This document shows, in pieces, positions 28,326 through 41,033 of a DNA stretch of 64,000 nt. Within the stretch, counting starts at the first letter, position 1; each line of letters opens with the position of its first letter. The notes below the pieces were generated by a model. It did not search any database. It saw only the letters and a program-made list of their open reading frames with translations, and was not told where the DNA came from. The translations under genes and the position numbers were made by a program. This DNA comes from Octopus vulgaris (taxonomy: Eukaryota): assembly GCA_951406725.2 (NCBI GenBank), contig OX597820.1, forward strand, positions 26,784,001 through 26,848,000, given 5' to 3'.

Positions 28326-28714
28326 TGTTTGTCAATAGTAATAGTAAATAGTACTTTTATATGGAATTTTTATTGTAAATTATACAAATTAGGCATCAGG
28401 TATAATACATATTCATAATGAATTTAACTTGAAAAAAAAAATTGCCCCCATACCAAAAAAAAAACACAAAAAAAATACAAAATCACAAGACACTGTGTTA
28501 CATTTACATAAAAGGTGAAATGAATACATTATATTTCTGTTATGTACTTTTATATTTTTTGTTTTTCAAAGCTTAATAAAAGATTTACCATTATCCACTG
28601 TACTGGAACCATTCTTCCATTTCTTGTCTTTTTTGTTTTAATTTTGTGTGGTTTTAAAGATGAAGAAGAAAGAAAACTAGCAAAAAAAAAAAATGAATAA
28701 TAATACTAATCATA

Positions 28715-28933
28715 ATTGTTTCAAATTTTGGCAGAAGGCCAGCAATTTTCAGAGGGAGGCATTAGTCAATACCATCAATTCCAGTGAAATTTTTGGAGAA
28801 GGGAGTTAGTCAATTGATTATATTGACTATTGTTTCCAGGGTTCAACTGGTACATAATTTATCAAGCCTGAAAGGATGAAAGGTAGGATTTGAACTCAAA
28901 ATGTAAAGCTGAAAAACATGCCATTAAGATTTC

Positions 28934-28969
<36 letters not shown>

Positions 28970-29771
28970 TCTACTAAAGGCACAAGGCCTGAAATTTGGG
29001 GGCGGGACAGGACTAGTCGATTACATCGACCCCAGGACACAACAGGTACTTAATTTATCAACCCCAAAAGGATGAAAGGCAAAGTTGACCTCAGTGGAAT
29101 TTGAACTCAGAATGTAACGACAAGCAAAATACCATTAAGCATTTTGCCTGCCATTCTAACAATTCTGCCAGCTCACCGCCTTAATAATAATAATCACCAT
29201 CCGCCTTCCATGCTAATAATAATAATAATAATAATAACAATGGTTTCAAATTTTGGCACAAGGCCAGCAATTTCAGTGAGGGGATAAGTGAATTACATTG
29301 ACCTTGGTGCTCAACTGGTGCATATTTTATCTACCCTGAAAGGATGAAAGGCAAAGTTGACCTTGGAAGCATTTGAAATCAGAATATAAAGCCAGAAGAC
29401 AATCCACTAGGTGATATAGCACAATCTGGTGTGCTACCTGTTATGTATCTTGCTGTCTTAAGGTTGAAAGGTAGTGTTGACATTGGCGGATTTTTGAACT
29501 CAGAACATAAAGCAAAAAGAGATGCTGCTAAGCATTTTGCCTGCATTGATAATAATAATCCTTTCTACTATTGGCACAAGGCCTGAAATTTGGGGGTGGG
29601 GCATTAGTTGATTTCATTGACTCCAGGGCATAACTGGTACTTAAGTTGATCGACCCCTCCAAAAGGCAAAGTTAACCTTGGTGGAATTTGAACTCAGAAC
29701 GTAGAAGACAGATGAAAAACCGCTAAGCATTTCATTGGCATGCTAACAATTCATGCCAGCTCGCTGCCTTA
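28715..29771 (-). mobile_element. Head-to-tail array of about 5 family A SINEs separated by (AAT)n
   Basis: Copies at ~28715, 28965, 29239, 29440 and 29558, all in the same orientation. Confidence 0.9.
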
Positions 29772-29774
29772 AGT

Positions 29775-29792
29775 AATAATAATAATAATAAC

Positions 29793-29845
<53 letters not shown>

Positions 29846-29952
29846 TAATAATAATAATAATAATGATAATAATAATAACAATAATAATAATAACAATAAT
29901 AATAATAACAATAATAATAATAACAATAATAATAATAACAATAATAATAATA
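29775..29952. repeat. (AAT)n microsatellite with 15-bp higher-order periodicity
   Basis: (aat)n interrupted by aac at regular spacing. Confidence 0.95.
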
Positions 29953-30828
29953 GTAAATTAATATTTGATCATTTAAATTCACAAATTTAATGTATTAATT
30001 GCTTCATTCAAGTTGCTCATTTATTTTTTTAATTACTAATTACAAATTTGATTCCATTTCTTTTGTTTTTGTTTTACAATGAAGAAAATAAACATATTTG
30101 ATAATTCAAATTCAGAAATTTACAATAATAATTGCTCCATTCTGGGACCAAGAGAATGCTGAACATTTTTTTATATTCATTTATTTTTGTCTTTTCTTTC
30201 TTGTAATTAAATACATTTCTTTTTCTGTTTTCTTTTTCTTCTGTTTTGGGGGATTTTGAAAAATAAAGAAAATAAAGATAATAATAGAAATAAATAAAAC
30301 TAAATTATATTTTCATGATTTTGAATTCATAAATAAATTTTTTCTTATTCTTGATGCATTGAGTTTTTTTGTTTTTGTTATTCAGTGAATCAATTCATAC
30401 ATGTTTTCAGAATTTAAGCTTGTATGTTAACTATAACAGATTTTGATTATATACATATAAATTTAACAGAAACAACAGAGTGAGTCAAGAGCTGAAAGAT
30501 TCATGCATTAGCACTTATCAAATTTATATATTTTTACTTATGTATATATATATATTACTTTTACTTTTACTGGTTTCAGTCAGAGGCTGTGGCCATGTCG
30601 GGCACCACTGTGATGCGATTAAATTTACAGGATGCATGTTTTATGTGTGTGTGCATGCATATTTTGTGCATATAATGTATATGTGCATATACATGTATAT
30701 ATGTTTGTATGTGTGTGTATATATATATATATATACATGTATATACATATATATTTATATATCTATATGTATATATATATGTATGCATATATGCATGTAT
30801 ATATATCTGTATATATGTATATATATGT

Positions 30829-31035
30829 AGGTCCCGGGTTGAGTCGGGGTTAACCACAGTAAATAAGGTACTCAATACATAGCAGAGTAAATTAATTTAT
30901 TTTATAGAAGGAGCTTCTACAGGACTAGAACTGTTTCATTCAAATGAAATCATCAGGAAATCATCAGGAAGCTTCCTGATGATTTCATTTGAATGAAACA
31001 GTTCTAGTCCTGTAGAAGCTCCTTCTATAAAAAAA
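30829..31035. mobile_element. (TA)n-inserted element with a near-perfect palindrome, probably PLE terminal-repeat derived
   Basis: 30900-30968 is the reverse complement of 30975-31032 around aagctt, apart from an 11-bp duplication. Confidence 0.75.
30970..31020 (+). ncRNA. Type I hammerhead ribozyme motif, mirrored on the minus strand
   Basis: agcttc-CTGATGA-t ttc attt gaa t-GAAA-cag ttctagtc ctg-TA-gaagct; stem I is a perfect 6 bp; GUA site; stem II is closed by a non-canonical U.U. Confidence 0.75.
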
Positions 31036-31062
31036 ATATATGTATATATATATATATCTGTA

Positions 31063-31134
<72 letters not shown>

Positions 31135-31146
31135 TATATATATATA

Positions 31147-31227
31147 GGGAGAGTTTACGAAAAAAACAAAAGATGAAGACAGGTGGTGTACAAAACAAAC
31201 AGGTGTATTAGTATAACGCTCAGGAAT
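31147..31227. repeat. Dispersed repeat fragment (same family as 39386-39542)
   Basis: gggagag..aaaaaaacaaaaga..aagacaggtggtgta..tgtattagtataa is shared. Confidence 0.85.
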
Positions 31228-31745
31228 ATATATGTGTATGCATGTGTAAAAATGTTTTCATCTTTGAATTAAGTACTTCAACTTAATTTTTTTTTTTGGC
31301 TTACAATGATGAAGAGAAAATAAGAATGTAAATAAATTTAGATAATTTGATAATTTAAATTCATAAATATACTATAAAATTGCTTCGTTTGATCATTTCT
31401 CCAGTTTTGCTTTTGTTCATATGTTTATTTACTTGTTCTGGATTTATCACCATTTTTGTTTTATTTAAAAAAATTTTTCCTTTTATTTTAGAAATTTCAT
31501 CAAAAATAGTCGAATTAAAAGAATGAAAGAGGCAAAAAAAGTAAATTAAAGCAAATATTGTTTAATTTTATGGTGCAAAAAAAAAACTTCTGATAATTAA
31601 TTATATATTGATAAAGCCTTAATAACTTTTTGCACCTCTCTGCCTCCCAATAAAATAAAATAATAAATTGGTAACTGAAATATGTATTTTCTACTGTAAG
31701 TCTACACCTTCTAGATATATATATATATATACACCAACTTTCTCA

Positions 31746-31783
<38 letters not shown>

Positions 31784-32209
31784 ATTATACATACATACTT
31801 ATATATATGTAAGTATATATGCACACATACTCACACACACATGCACATGCATACACACATATATACATTTACATAGGTATGTGTGTGACTCTGTATGTGT
31901 GTGAGTGTGCATAATGAGTTGACCAAGGCTTAAAGATTTTGCCTTTAATAGCATATTGAATAAGCTTTTAAGGGGAAACTTTAAAGTTCCAATCAAAACA
32001 ATATTATCAGTAAATTTTCCTCTATCAAATATATGGAGTACCACTATCCGTAAACGTTTTTATGTATACATACATACATATATATATATATATAGCAAAA
32101 ACAATTAAGATCCAAGTGAATTCCAATGAATTCAAATGAATATGGTACTTAACTTAGATGTACCAGAATTCATTTATGGTATTAACCATAAAATAATGTG
32201 GGGTGATTA

Positions 32210-32301
32210 TAACCAAGAAAAAAGCAACAAGAATGGATTAGTAGATTAGTAGTTTAGTTTTGTACTAAACTACTAATCCATTCTTGTTGCTTTCTTGGTT
32301 A
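32210..32301. repeat. Palindrome in a (TA)n-flanked element
   Basis: taaccaagaaa..gcaacaagaatggattagtag..tttagt / actaaactactaatccattcttgttgctttcttggtta. Confidence 0.9.
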
Positions 32302-32323
32302 CATATATATATATATATGTATA

Positions 32324-32371
<48 letters not shown>

Positions 32372-32373
<2 letters not shown>

Positions 32374-32562
32374 CAGAAAATGGAGAAAACTATAGATCAA
32401 CAAGCACAGTTGGTCTGCATTTATAGCTTATTATTTAATGAAAAACATGGCATAACATTTATATGACATAAATGTTATGCCATGTTTTGTATTAAAATAA
32501 TATGTTATAAATGTGGTCCAATTGATGTGCTTGTTGATCTGTGGTTTTCTCTATTTTCTGAT
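32372..32562. repeat. Foldback with ~90-bp arms
   Basis: atcagaaaat..aaaacatggcataacatttat / ataaatgttatgccatgtttt..attttctgat. Confidence 0.9.
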
Positions 32563-32735
32563 AATTTATATTTGTTTCCTGATAAACTTTTGTTTATTCT
32601 GTTGTGACCGGTACGCTACGAGCATGATGTGCCAGCATACCCATGCCCTGAGATAACATGGGTAACAGATACCGATAGTATATATGGTTGTTTTATCCCT
32701 TAGTCAGTTATTATAACTGCTAACTCTGCTTACAT

Positions 32736-32908
32736 ATACATACATACATACATACATACATACATACATACATACATACATACATACATACATACATACA
32801 TACATACATACATACATACATACATACATACATACATACATACATACATACATACATACATACATACATACATACATACATACATACATACATACATACA
32901 TACATACA

Positions 32909-32939
<31 letters not shown>

Positions 32940-32968
32940 CATACATACATACATACATGCATACATAT

Positions 32969-32980
<12 letters not shown>
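32736..32980. repeat. Long (TACA)n microsatellite
   Basis: Seen directly. Confidence 0.97.
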
Positions 32981-33014
<34 letters not shown>

Positions 33015-33015
33015 T

Positions 33016-33055
<40 letters not shown>

Positions 33056-33072
33056 CAGACACATGCACACAT

Positions 33073-33105
<33 letters not shown>

Positions 33106-33599
33106 TGTGTATGTGTATACATTCAGAGACCCATTCAATCTTACATCTTTTCTTATACATATCACACAATATGAAATAAAACAACATGAAATAGAAAATA
33201 TTTATTAAAAAGAAATGTTGTAAAACACTAAGTGGAAATGTAGAAAAATATATGGGACAATGGTAAATGACCTAAGTAGGGGAAAAATAGAAGGGTACAG
33301 CTAAATTAAATGGAGGATATAAAAAAAGAGGGTTACTACTGGAGAATAGAATAATAAAGAAGCAAATGTAAGGGTTATTATTTGCCAGTACATTTGATTT
33401 AAAACTACATAAAATGTATTCTTTGATCAATCCTAGCTTAATTATTCAATTTGTTAATTAATTTATTATTAAATTGCCAAAGGATGTGAAAAAAAATATT
33501 TGGAAAAGAGGAAGGAATATAAAATTATTAAAAATAAAAATTTTGCTTGAATAACTGAGAATTTCAATAGGCTTAATTTATTCTTTTTTTCCTAATTCA

Positions 33600-33816
33600 A
33601 CACACACACACACACATTCTTGTTTGCACCCCACCTCACATTCTTGCTTGCACACACACACACACACACACACATGCTCGCCTGCACACACATACACACA
33701 CAGACACCCACAGATACACACACATGCACACACACACACATTCTTGCTTGCACACACACATACATGCTCGCTTGCACACACACACACACACATACACACA
33801 TACACACACACACACA
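33600..33816. repeat. Compound (CA)n minisatellite
   Basis: acattcttgcttgc and acatgctcgc motifs recur between CA runs. Confidence 0.85.
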
Positions 33817-34413
33817 AGTAAGCAAATCAACATGGATGGCTCTAATTCATCATTTGACCTTCTAGAAACCGCAACCAGATCTTTATCAATATACATCATG
33901 CGATTTTAAACAAGGCATAGGACATATTTTATAACGTACTCCTTGTATACTATATTACATCTACAAAGAAACGATTAGATAATCATGATGAAACACTTTT
34001 GATCATAGATCAGCTCAATCTAGGTTGATTTGGGCCAAGATACATCCCCCACCATCACCACCAACAACAACAAAATACCAAATAACTTATCATTAATCCT
34101 CTTCTATGCCGTCACATCTTCAAACATAATAATACCATTATTTAAGAAACCTTTACTGCTTGTGTAGTATCTTTAATATCCAGCGATGTACAGCCTACAA
34201 AGACACACATCCACATAGATATATACACATACATACATACATACATACATACATACATACATACATACGTACATACATACGTACATACATACATACATAC
34301 GTACATACATACATACATACATACATACATACATACATACATACATACATACATACATGCATACATACATATATACATATATCTATATATCTATATATAT
34401 ATATGTATATGCA

Positions 34414-34576
34414 ACAAGCTTCTTTCAGTTTCCATCTACCAAATCCACTCATAAGGCTTTGGTTGGCCTGAGGCTATGGTGGAAGACACTTATTCAAGGT
34501 GCCATGCAGTGGGACTGAACTCAGAACCATGTAGCTAGAACACAAGCTTCTTACCATACAACCATGCCTGTGGCTA
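34414..34576 (-). mobile_element. Family B CORE-type SINE
   Basis: Reverse complement of the 16945 copy. Confidence 0.85.
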
Positions 34577-35396
34577 TATTAGTCTTAATATAAGGTGTTT
34601 CAGTGGAACTGCGGTATGTTGACATGCAAGTTGATAATCCTTTATATGTTTTATACTGGACCATATGAATATAAGAGCGTTTATAGAATTGTTTGATAAT
34701 CTTAATTACTGTGAGGCATTTTATAACATATCACATGATTGTGTGATTAACTATCAGATGTTATACATCGCTGGTCACAATGCTCTGTTTTTTTGTTTTT
34801 TTTTGCATCGTTTTTAGCTTTTGAATGATGTCACCCTGCAAGCCAGGCAAGGAGGCCAACGTTACACTGGAATGGATGGCTAGTCTGTTACGCAGTTACT
34901 CCTTTACAGCTAAATGGACAGGACATATAGAAAAATCTAACTGCAATATTGAATATATGAGAATTTGAAATTGCCATTATGTAGTATGTGTTGGTTTGAT
35001 AATTTTAATCGCAGTAACATTTTGATAAGAGTGATCATTTCTGTAACTAACCTACCCTTCTTTGATACAAACTTCCAGTTTTAAAATTAGCCAAATTAAA
35101 ACCTTTCATTAACCTATTTTAATCCGCTGTCCTTATTTGGTTTGTTTACTGCAATAAAGGTTAACTGGGTGCTTCAGTATGTTTGTTATCCCTATTTATA
35201 TAACTCGCTTCAAAATTTTGACAGGGTTAACCTGGGCTAAAAAAATGGGTTAATATTTCCTGTTAAATCATGTTCAAAACATAATAATCCTTTGTAATTA
35301 TTTCTAATTTTGGCATCAAGCCAGAAATATTGAAGGATGGGTCAAGTTGATTACATGGACCCCAGTATTTGACTGGTACATTATTTTATGAAAGGC

Positions 35397-35530
35397 TGTT
35401 ATGTTGCACGTTTGGATGCTTTCTACCCAACTCTGCTCTTCTCTACTACTCATCATGATACCTAGGCTTCTCCCTCTATATCTACCTATTGGGCTAGCCT
35501 ACTTCATCGTCTGGGGGCGTCCACACAACA
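35397..35530 (+). mobile_element. 134-bp TG...CA element (solo-LTR-like) with a 5-bp TSD, inserted in a family A SINE
   Basis: aaggc|tgttatg...cacacaaca|aaggc; removing it restores the SINE motif atgaaaggcaaagttgac. Confidence 0.85.
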
Positions 35531-36331
35531 AAGGCAAAGTTGACTTCAGAGAGATTTGAGCTCAGACTGTAAAGATCTGGAGGAAATGCTGCTTAGTTTT
35601 TTGTCTAATGTGCTAACTATTCTCTTAGCTCACTTCCATATCACAGCTCAATAATGACAGGTATTTTACTGAATACTTCGTTATTTCCAAAACTAACTTA
35701 AAAAAGACAATGTGTTTCCAAAGAAATATGCTAACAAAGAAAAAAGTTAATTACTGTCAGGAAATATTTGAAATTTCAATAAATTTAATTGCAGGTAGGC
35801 AATATATGATATTTTGATCATTACAATTACCATGGGTGTAACATAGGATATTTCAATGATTTTGATTGCTATCAGGCACTGTATGACCTTTTAATAAGTT
35901 CAGTTGCCATATGACAATATATAACATTTCTAGAAGTTTAATTGCTGTGTAGCAATGCATCGCCACATTAAACTGCACAATTAAATTTCAGTGCATTGCA
36001 GCATTGCATTATCATACTGCAATTGCAATGTAGTGATGTATGAAACAATATGAAGTATTTCAATAAGTTTACCTGAAGTGTGGCAAAGTTCAATTGTCAT
36101 GTCAAAATGAGTTCAATTGCCTTGTCACAGTAAGTTCATCTCAATAAAGTAACATATGATATTTAAATTGGTAATTCAGTACCTTTTCCACATGCACATG
36201 CGAATGACACATTTGATTATCATTTCATTGATATATGATTGTGAAGTTGTTAATCCAATAACATTAATATTTTGTAAGGTGGGACGTTTCATTAAAGATG
36301 GAAACCTAAAGAAAATGCTTACTTGATGTAC

Positions 36332-36383
<52 letters not shown>

Positions 36384-36669
36384 CACACATGCACACATAT
36401 ATATATACACATACACACGCATATATATATATATCGTGCTGATGATTACTAAAAGGAATGAAATTGTCTTTATAATTGATTATCACTGGCTAGAAATTAT
36501 TAAAACTTCATCATAAACAAGCATATAAATGAACAATTAAATAAATAGATAAAATGTATGTACTGTATGCATCTTTTTCATGACTCCATAATCTCAATTC
36601 AAGCATCTACTCCCACACAATAGTATGAAGAAATGATTATCTCCCTTATAATAAATATTCACCACTACA

Positions 36670-36707
<38 letters not shown>

Positions 36708-37878
36708 TACACACACACACACATATATGTGTATGTATACATATATATATATGTGTGTATATATAACTGTGTGTATGTGTGTGTGCATGCATATATATAA
36801 TTATTAATAATAAAAGGTATATTTTGTTATTAATAATATATACTCTGGACAATTTTTACTATCCAGTGAAACATATATGGAATTACAGATCTGAAGAATT
36901 CCTAGAGTGACTTACATCAAATTGTATTCACAGACGTTAAATAATGATCGTTGTGATTAGCCATTAACTGGAGCTTAACTGAAAGCTAATAAGGTATCCA
37001 CCCGGATAATATATCCCTCCAAACTAACTTTTACATCATTATTATCATTATATACATACATACATACATACATACATACATACATAAATATATATTTGCG
37101 TGTATATATATATATATATATACACACATACACACCCACTCACAAACACATACACAGACAAATACATTCGTATTAATAAACATCATATCCATACGTTTAT
37201 CATATCAGTACATTATTCATATGACCAACTATAGAAAAACAAATTAATCTCCAAATTAATACTAATATAGACATAACATGTCAACTTTAATCCATTTTGA
37301 ATTCAACCAAAATATATAAAATTCAATAAATGATGTATCATGACATGTTTATTTATGATAACTATAATTTTCATGACGTGTTATAAAAGAAGTTTCATAT
37401 TTGAAAAATATATTAAAGAATTTTTTTTTGTTTTGTTTTGTTTTATTTTTGTATGCAAACTGAATCATAACTGAATGAATAAATATGTTTTGAAATAAGA
37501 TTTTAAAAAATCCTTTAACATTGGAATATAGAATTTATATATAAAATGTTAAAAAGAACTACCTTAAAATACAAGCAAAAAAAAAAATGAGTTAAAAGAA
37601 ATGATTATTTAAATTCACGAATGTAAGGATATTGTTTTCACAAGTATTCAAAACAAAACAAAATAGTAATATTAACAACATCGTCAACAACAACAGCAAC
37701 AATAATAATTTTTCGTGAAAAACGGAAAACAGAAATCATTATACATTTGTTGAATTGTTTTATTTGTTTATGTTTCTATCTGCAATAGATGTGTTTTGTG
37801 TCTTAATATCTTTTCACTGTGTTCTGAGCGAGTTAATAATTCGTGTTTCTTTCACATGCCCAGTTTTCTTTATGAATG

Positions 37879-37913
<35 letters not shown>

Positions 37914-38071
37914 CTGTGTGCATGCATGTATGGTGTGATAGTAGAAATTCAATATTATTATTGACTTGTTTTGTACCAATTTGCTGCTGTTTTACATGCA
38001 CAGACACACACACACATATACATACACATACATTAATATATACATAAATGCATATATATATACATATATAC

Positions 38072-38184
<113 letters not shown>

Positions 38185-38511
38185 CGTATAAGAATTTGTT
38201 TTGCAAGAAACAGATATTGTTATATATATGTGTGTGTGTATGTGTGTGTATGTGTATGTGTGAATGTGTGTGTGTGTGTGTGTGTTTGTGTGTATTTATG
38301 ATTATTCTTAAAAATATTGTTGAGGGTGACTTTGAATTTTTGGCCTGTTAAGCCATCATTGGACTCTGTGTATATGTGTGTTTGTGTAAATACATGTATA
38401 TTTTCCTCAAACAATACAATTGTACATTTTTATTATGAATGCATATATATTTCTATGTGTATGTACATTTATGATATGAGTATGTGTGTAAATAAGTATG
38501 CAATGGCAGGC

Positions 38512-38542
<31 letters not shown>

Positions 38543-39385
38543 TATTACATGTGTAAAGTGATAATTATTTAAGCACATCTGAAGCTTTATACCAACTTAC
38601 TGATGACTATATACATATATAACCGCCCCCCACCCCATACACATATTCTTTAAACACATTCACATATTATTTAAACCTTCAGTTGTATCCAACATAGAAT
38701 TTTTTACCAATAACAATCTGCTTAAGACGCCTAATTTTTTTGTAATAGAGAAGAGCCCTCCTCCTCCTCCTCCTCCTCCTCCTCATCATCATCATCATCA
38801 TTATCATCATCATCATTGTCGTTATGACCCTTAATGTTGCTATTGCTTTTAACAACTCTATGAGAGAAAACATGCATAAGTTTTAACAGGTAGGGCCTAT
38901 AATACTTCTCTGGATATTATGTGGGTTTCAACGTACCTAATATCTGACTTTAAATCTACCTCTCTACACCATCCATCTTCTTACACATCCTTTTATTCAC
39001 CAGTTTGTTTTCCTTAGAGTATGTCTATAATGGTTGCTCTCTCTGCTGTTGTCTTTTTCTGCCCAGCATGATTCATCCATTCGCATTAATAACACAATAT
39101 CGATGAAAATAAAATGTGAGCCAGTTAAGTATATGAATAACACTGATTGACAATCATGTAATAATTTAAATTGATATTCCAGATTGGTCACAGTCCACTA
39201 GCAGAAAATAGTTATTGAAAACAAATCAAAATTCAAATTTAGTTTCATCAAATTTTTCTTATTCTATTATGTATATATATATGACATGTATATTCATATA
39301 GTACATATATACACACACATATATATATGTATGTGTATGTATGCATATAAATGTGTATATATATATATAGACATACATACATATA

Positions 39386-39542
39386 GGAGGAGAATTCACA
39401 AAAAAACAAAAGACAAAGACAGGTGGTGTAGACAACAAATAGATGTATTAGTATAATGCTCGATAAGTGAAAAAGTCTTTAATGTTTCGAGCCTATGCAC
39501 TTCCACAGAAAGGAACACAGAAAGAAACAAGAAGAGAAAATA
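39386..39542 (-). mobile_element. (TA)n-embedded dispersed repeat with a decayed hammerhead-like motif
   Basis: Minus strand cttt-ctgtggaag-tgcataggctc-GAAA-cat-ta-aag; homologous to 31147-31227. Confidence 0.55.
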
Positions 39543-39641
39543 CATACATATATATATATAAAACCCTTTGTTTCCATAAAAAGAGGCAAACATTATCTTG
39601 TTGTATATGTATATGTATATATAGTTAATCCATATATATAC

Positions 39642-39698
<57 letters not shown>

Positions 39699-39925
39699 CG
39701 TGGTGCTGGTGCCACGTAAAATGCACCCACTACACTCTGTAAAGTGGGTAATGTTAGGAAGGGCATCCAGTCATAGAAACTATGTCAAAACAGACAACTG
39801 GAGCCTGAGCTCCAGTTGTTAACCGCTCAGCCGGCCAGCTTCTGTCAAACCATCCAATGCATGCCAGCATAGAAAGTGGATGTTTACTGATGATAATGAC
39901 GATGATGATGATGATGATGATGATA
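39699..39925 (+). mobile_element. SINE/LINE 3' tail family ending in (GAT)n
   Basis: gctggtgccacgtaaaa..gttaggaagggcatccag..catgccagcat; other copies at 45941-46241 (-), 46500-47150 (+) and 60660-60870 (+). Confidence 0.8.
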
Positions 39926-40410
39926 GCATATAGATGTACCATCAGTAATTACATTTGTAGAACACTTGTAAGTTTAAAGATGCACGTGGGTAGCCATTAA
40001 CTAGAATAAATTAGTTTATACATAACTGTATTGTAAAATAATAAACATACAAGCAAAGATACACATGTGTAACCATGGAACAGAACAAATTAATTTGCAC
40101 ATATCTATATTGTAAATAACAAATATAACAGGAAATAGTTTAGCATGTTTATATGTAGATAACCAGTTCTGTATCTATATCTGTTTACTTGTCTTCTGTT
40201 TGTTTTTCATGTTTGTGATGTATTTTTTTTTGTCTGACTCTTTGCTTGCTTGTTTTTGTTTGAATTTTGCTCTTTTATCATTTCAAGTTGGATAAAAGTC
40301 TTCTTTATTTAATGCTCATTTGTCATCTTTGATGAAAGATTCTATCATCGATGCTGTTGTTGTCATCATCATCATTGGATATATGTATATATATATAAGA
40401 TAATAATAAT

Positions 40411-40737
40411 AATAGTAGGGAATATAATTCCAAAACTTACAGGGAAATATTCAATTTAACAATTTTAAATAAATTTCACAATATATAATATATGTATATA
40501 ATTTAGAGAAATAAACCTCTATTAAACAATTCAAAACTGAAAGATGTTATTCTCACCAAATAGAAAACATATAAAAACCTTATTCTAAAACTCAATAAAG
40601 TACAATAAATAGTAAATGGTAGTATTTATTGTACTTTATTGATTTTTAGAATAAGGTTTTTATAGTACATGTTTTCTATATGGTGTGAATAATATCTTTC
40701 ATTTTTAAATTAACAGAGGTTTTTTTCTCTAAATCAT
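40411..40737. mobile_element. Foldback (~115-bp arms) related to the 20343 element
   Basis: atttagagaaa..aataaagtacaataaata / tatttattgtactttatt..tttctctaaat, axis near 40615. Confidence 0.8.
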
Positions 40738-40820
40738 ATATATATATATGTATATATATATTGTTTGTAAAAAACATAAAGTTGAAAGAAGAAGCACACT
40801 CTAAGATGTAGAACAGTATA

Positions 40821-41033
40821 TATTAAAAATGGAGAAGGCTGGTTTATAGGATTATATTAGGTTTCCTGTCCATAAAAGGTTTAGCTTTATGACATATCAT
40901 CAGATCCCCAAAACCTGTTGGCCCATGACCTCTTAAAAATATTTTTGGGATCTGATGATACGACATAAAACTAAACCCTTTATGAAGAGGAAACCTAATG
41001 TAATCCCATAAATGGCCTTCCCCATTTTTAATA
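40821..41033. repeat. Inverted repeat (~90-bp arms), each arm a hammerhead copy
   Basis: tattaaaaatgg..tatcatcagatccc / gggatctgatgata..ccatttttaata. Confidence 0.9.
40947..41007 (+). ncRNA. Type I hammerhead ribozyme motif, partly decayed
   Basis: gggat-CTGATGA(40952-58)-stem II cataaa/tttatg-GAAA(40990-93)-c ctaat g-TA-atccc. Confidence 0.65.

Noticed and set aside
28715-29771. Repeat-spacer-like array
   Set aside because: These are ~200-bp SINE copies separated by (AAT)n; eukaryotic context with no CRISPR geometry or cas genes.
36436-36475. ctgatga-ttactaaaaggaat-gaaa hammerhead-like core
   Set aside because: No stem I or stem III pairing; at best a decayed relic.
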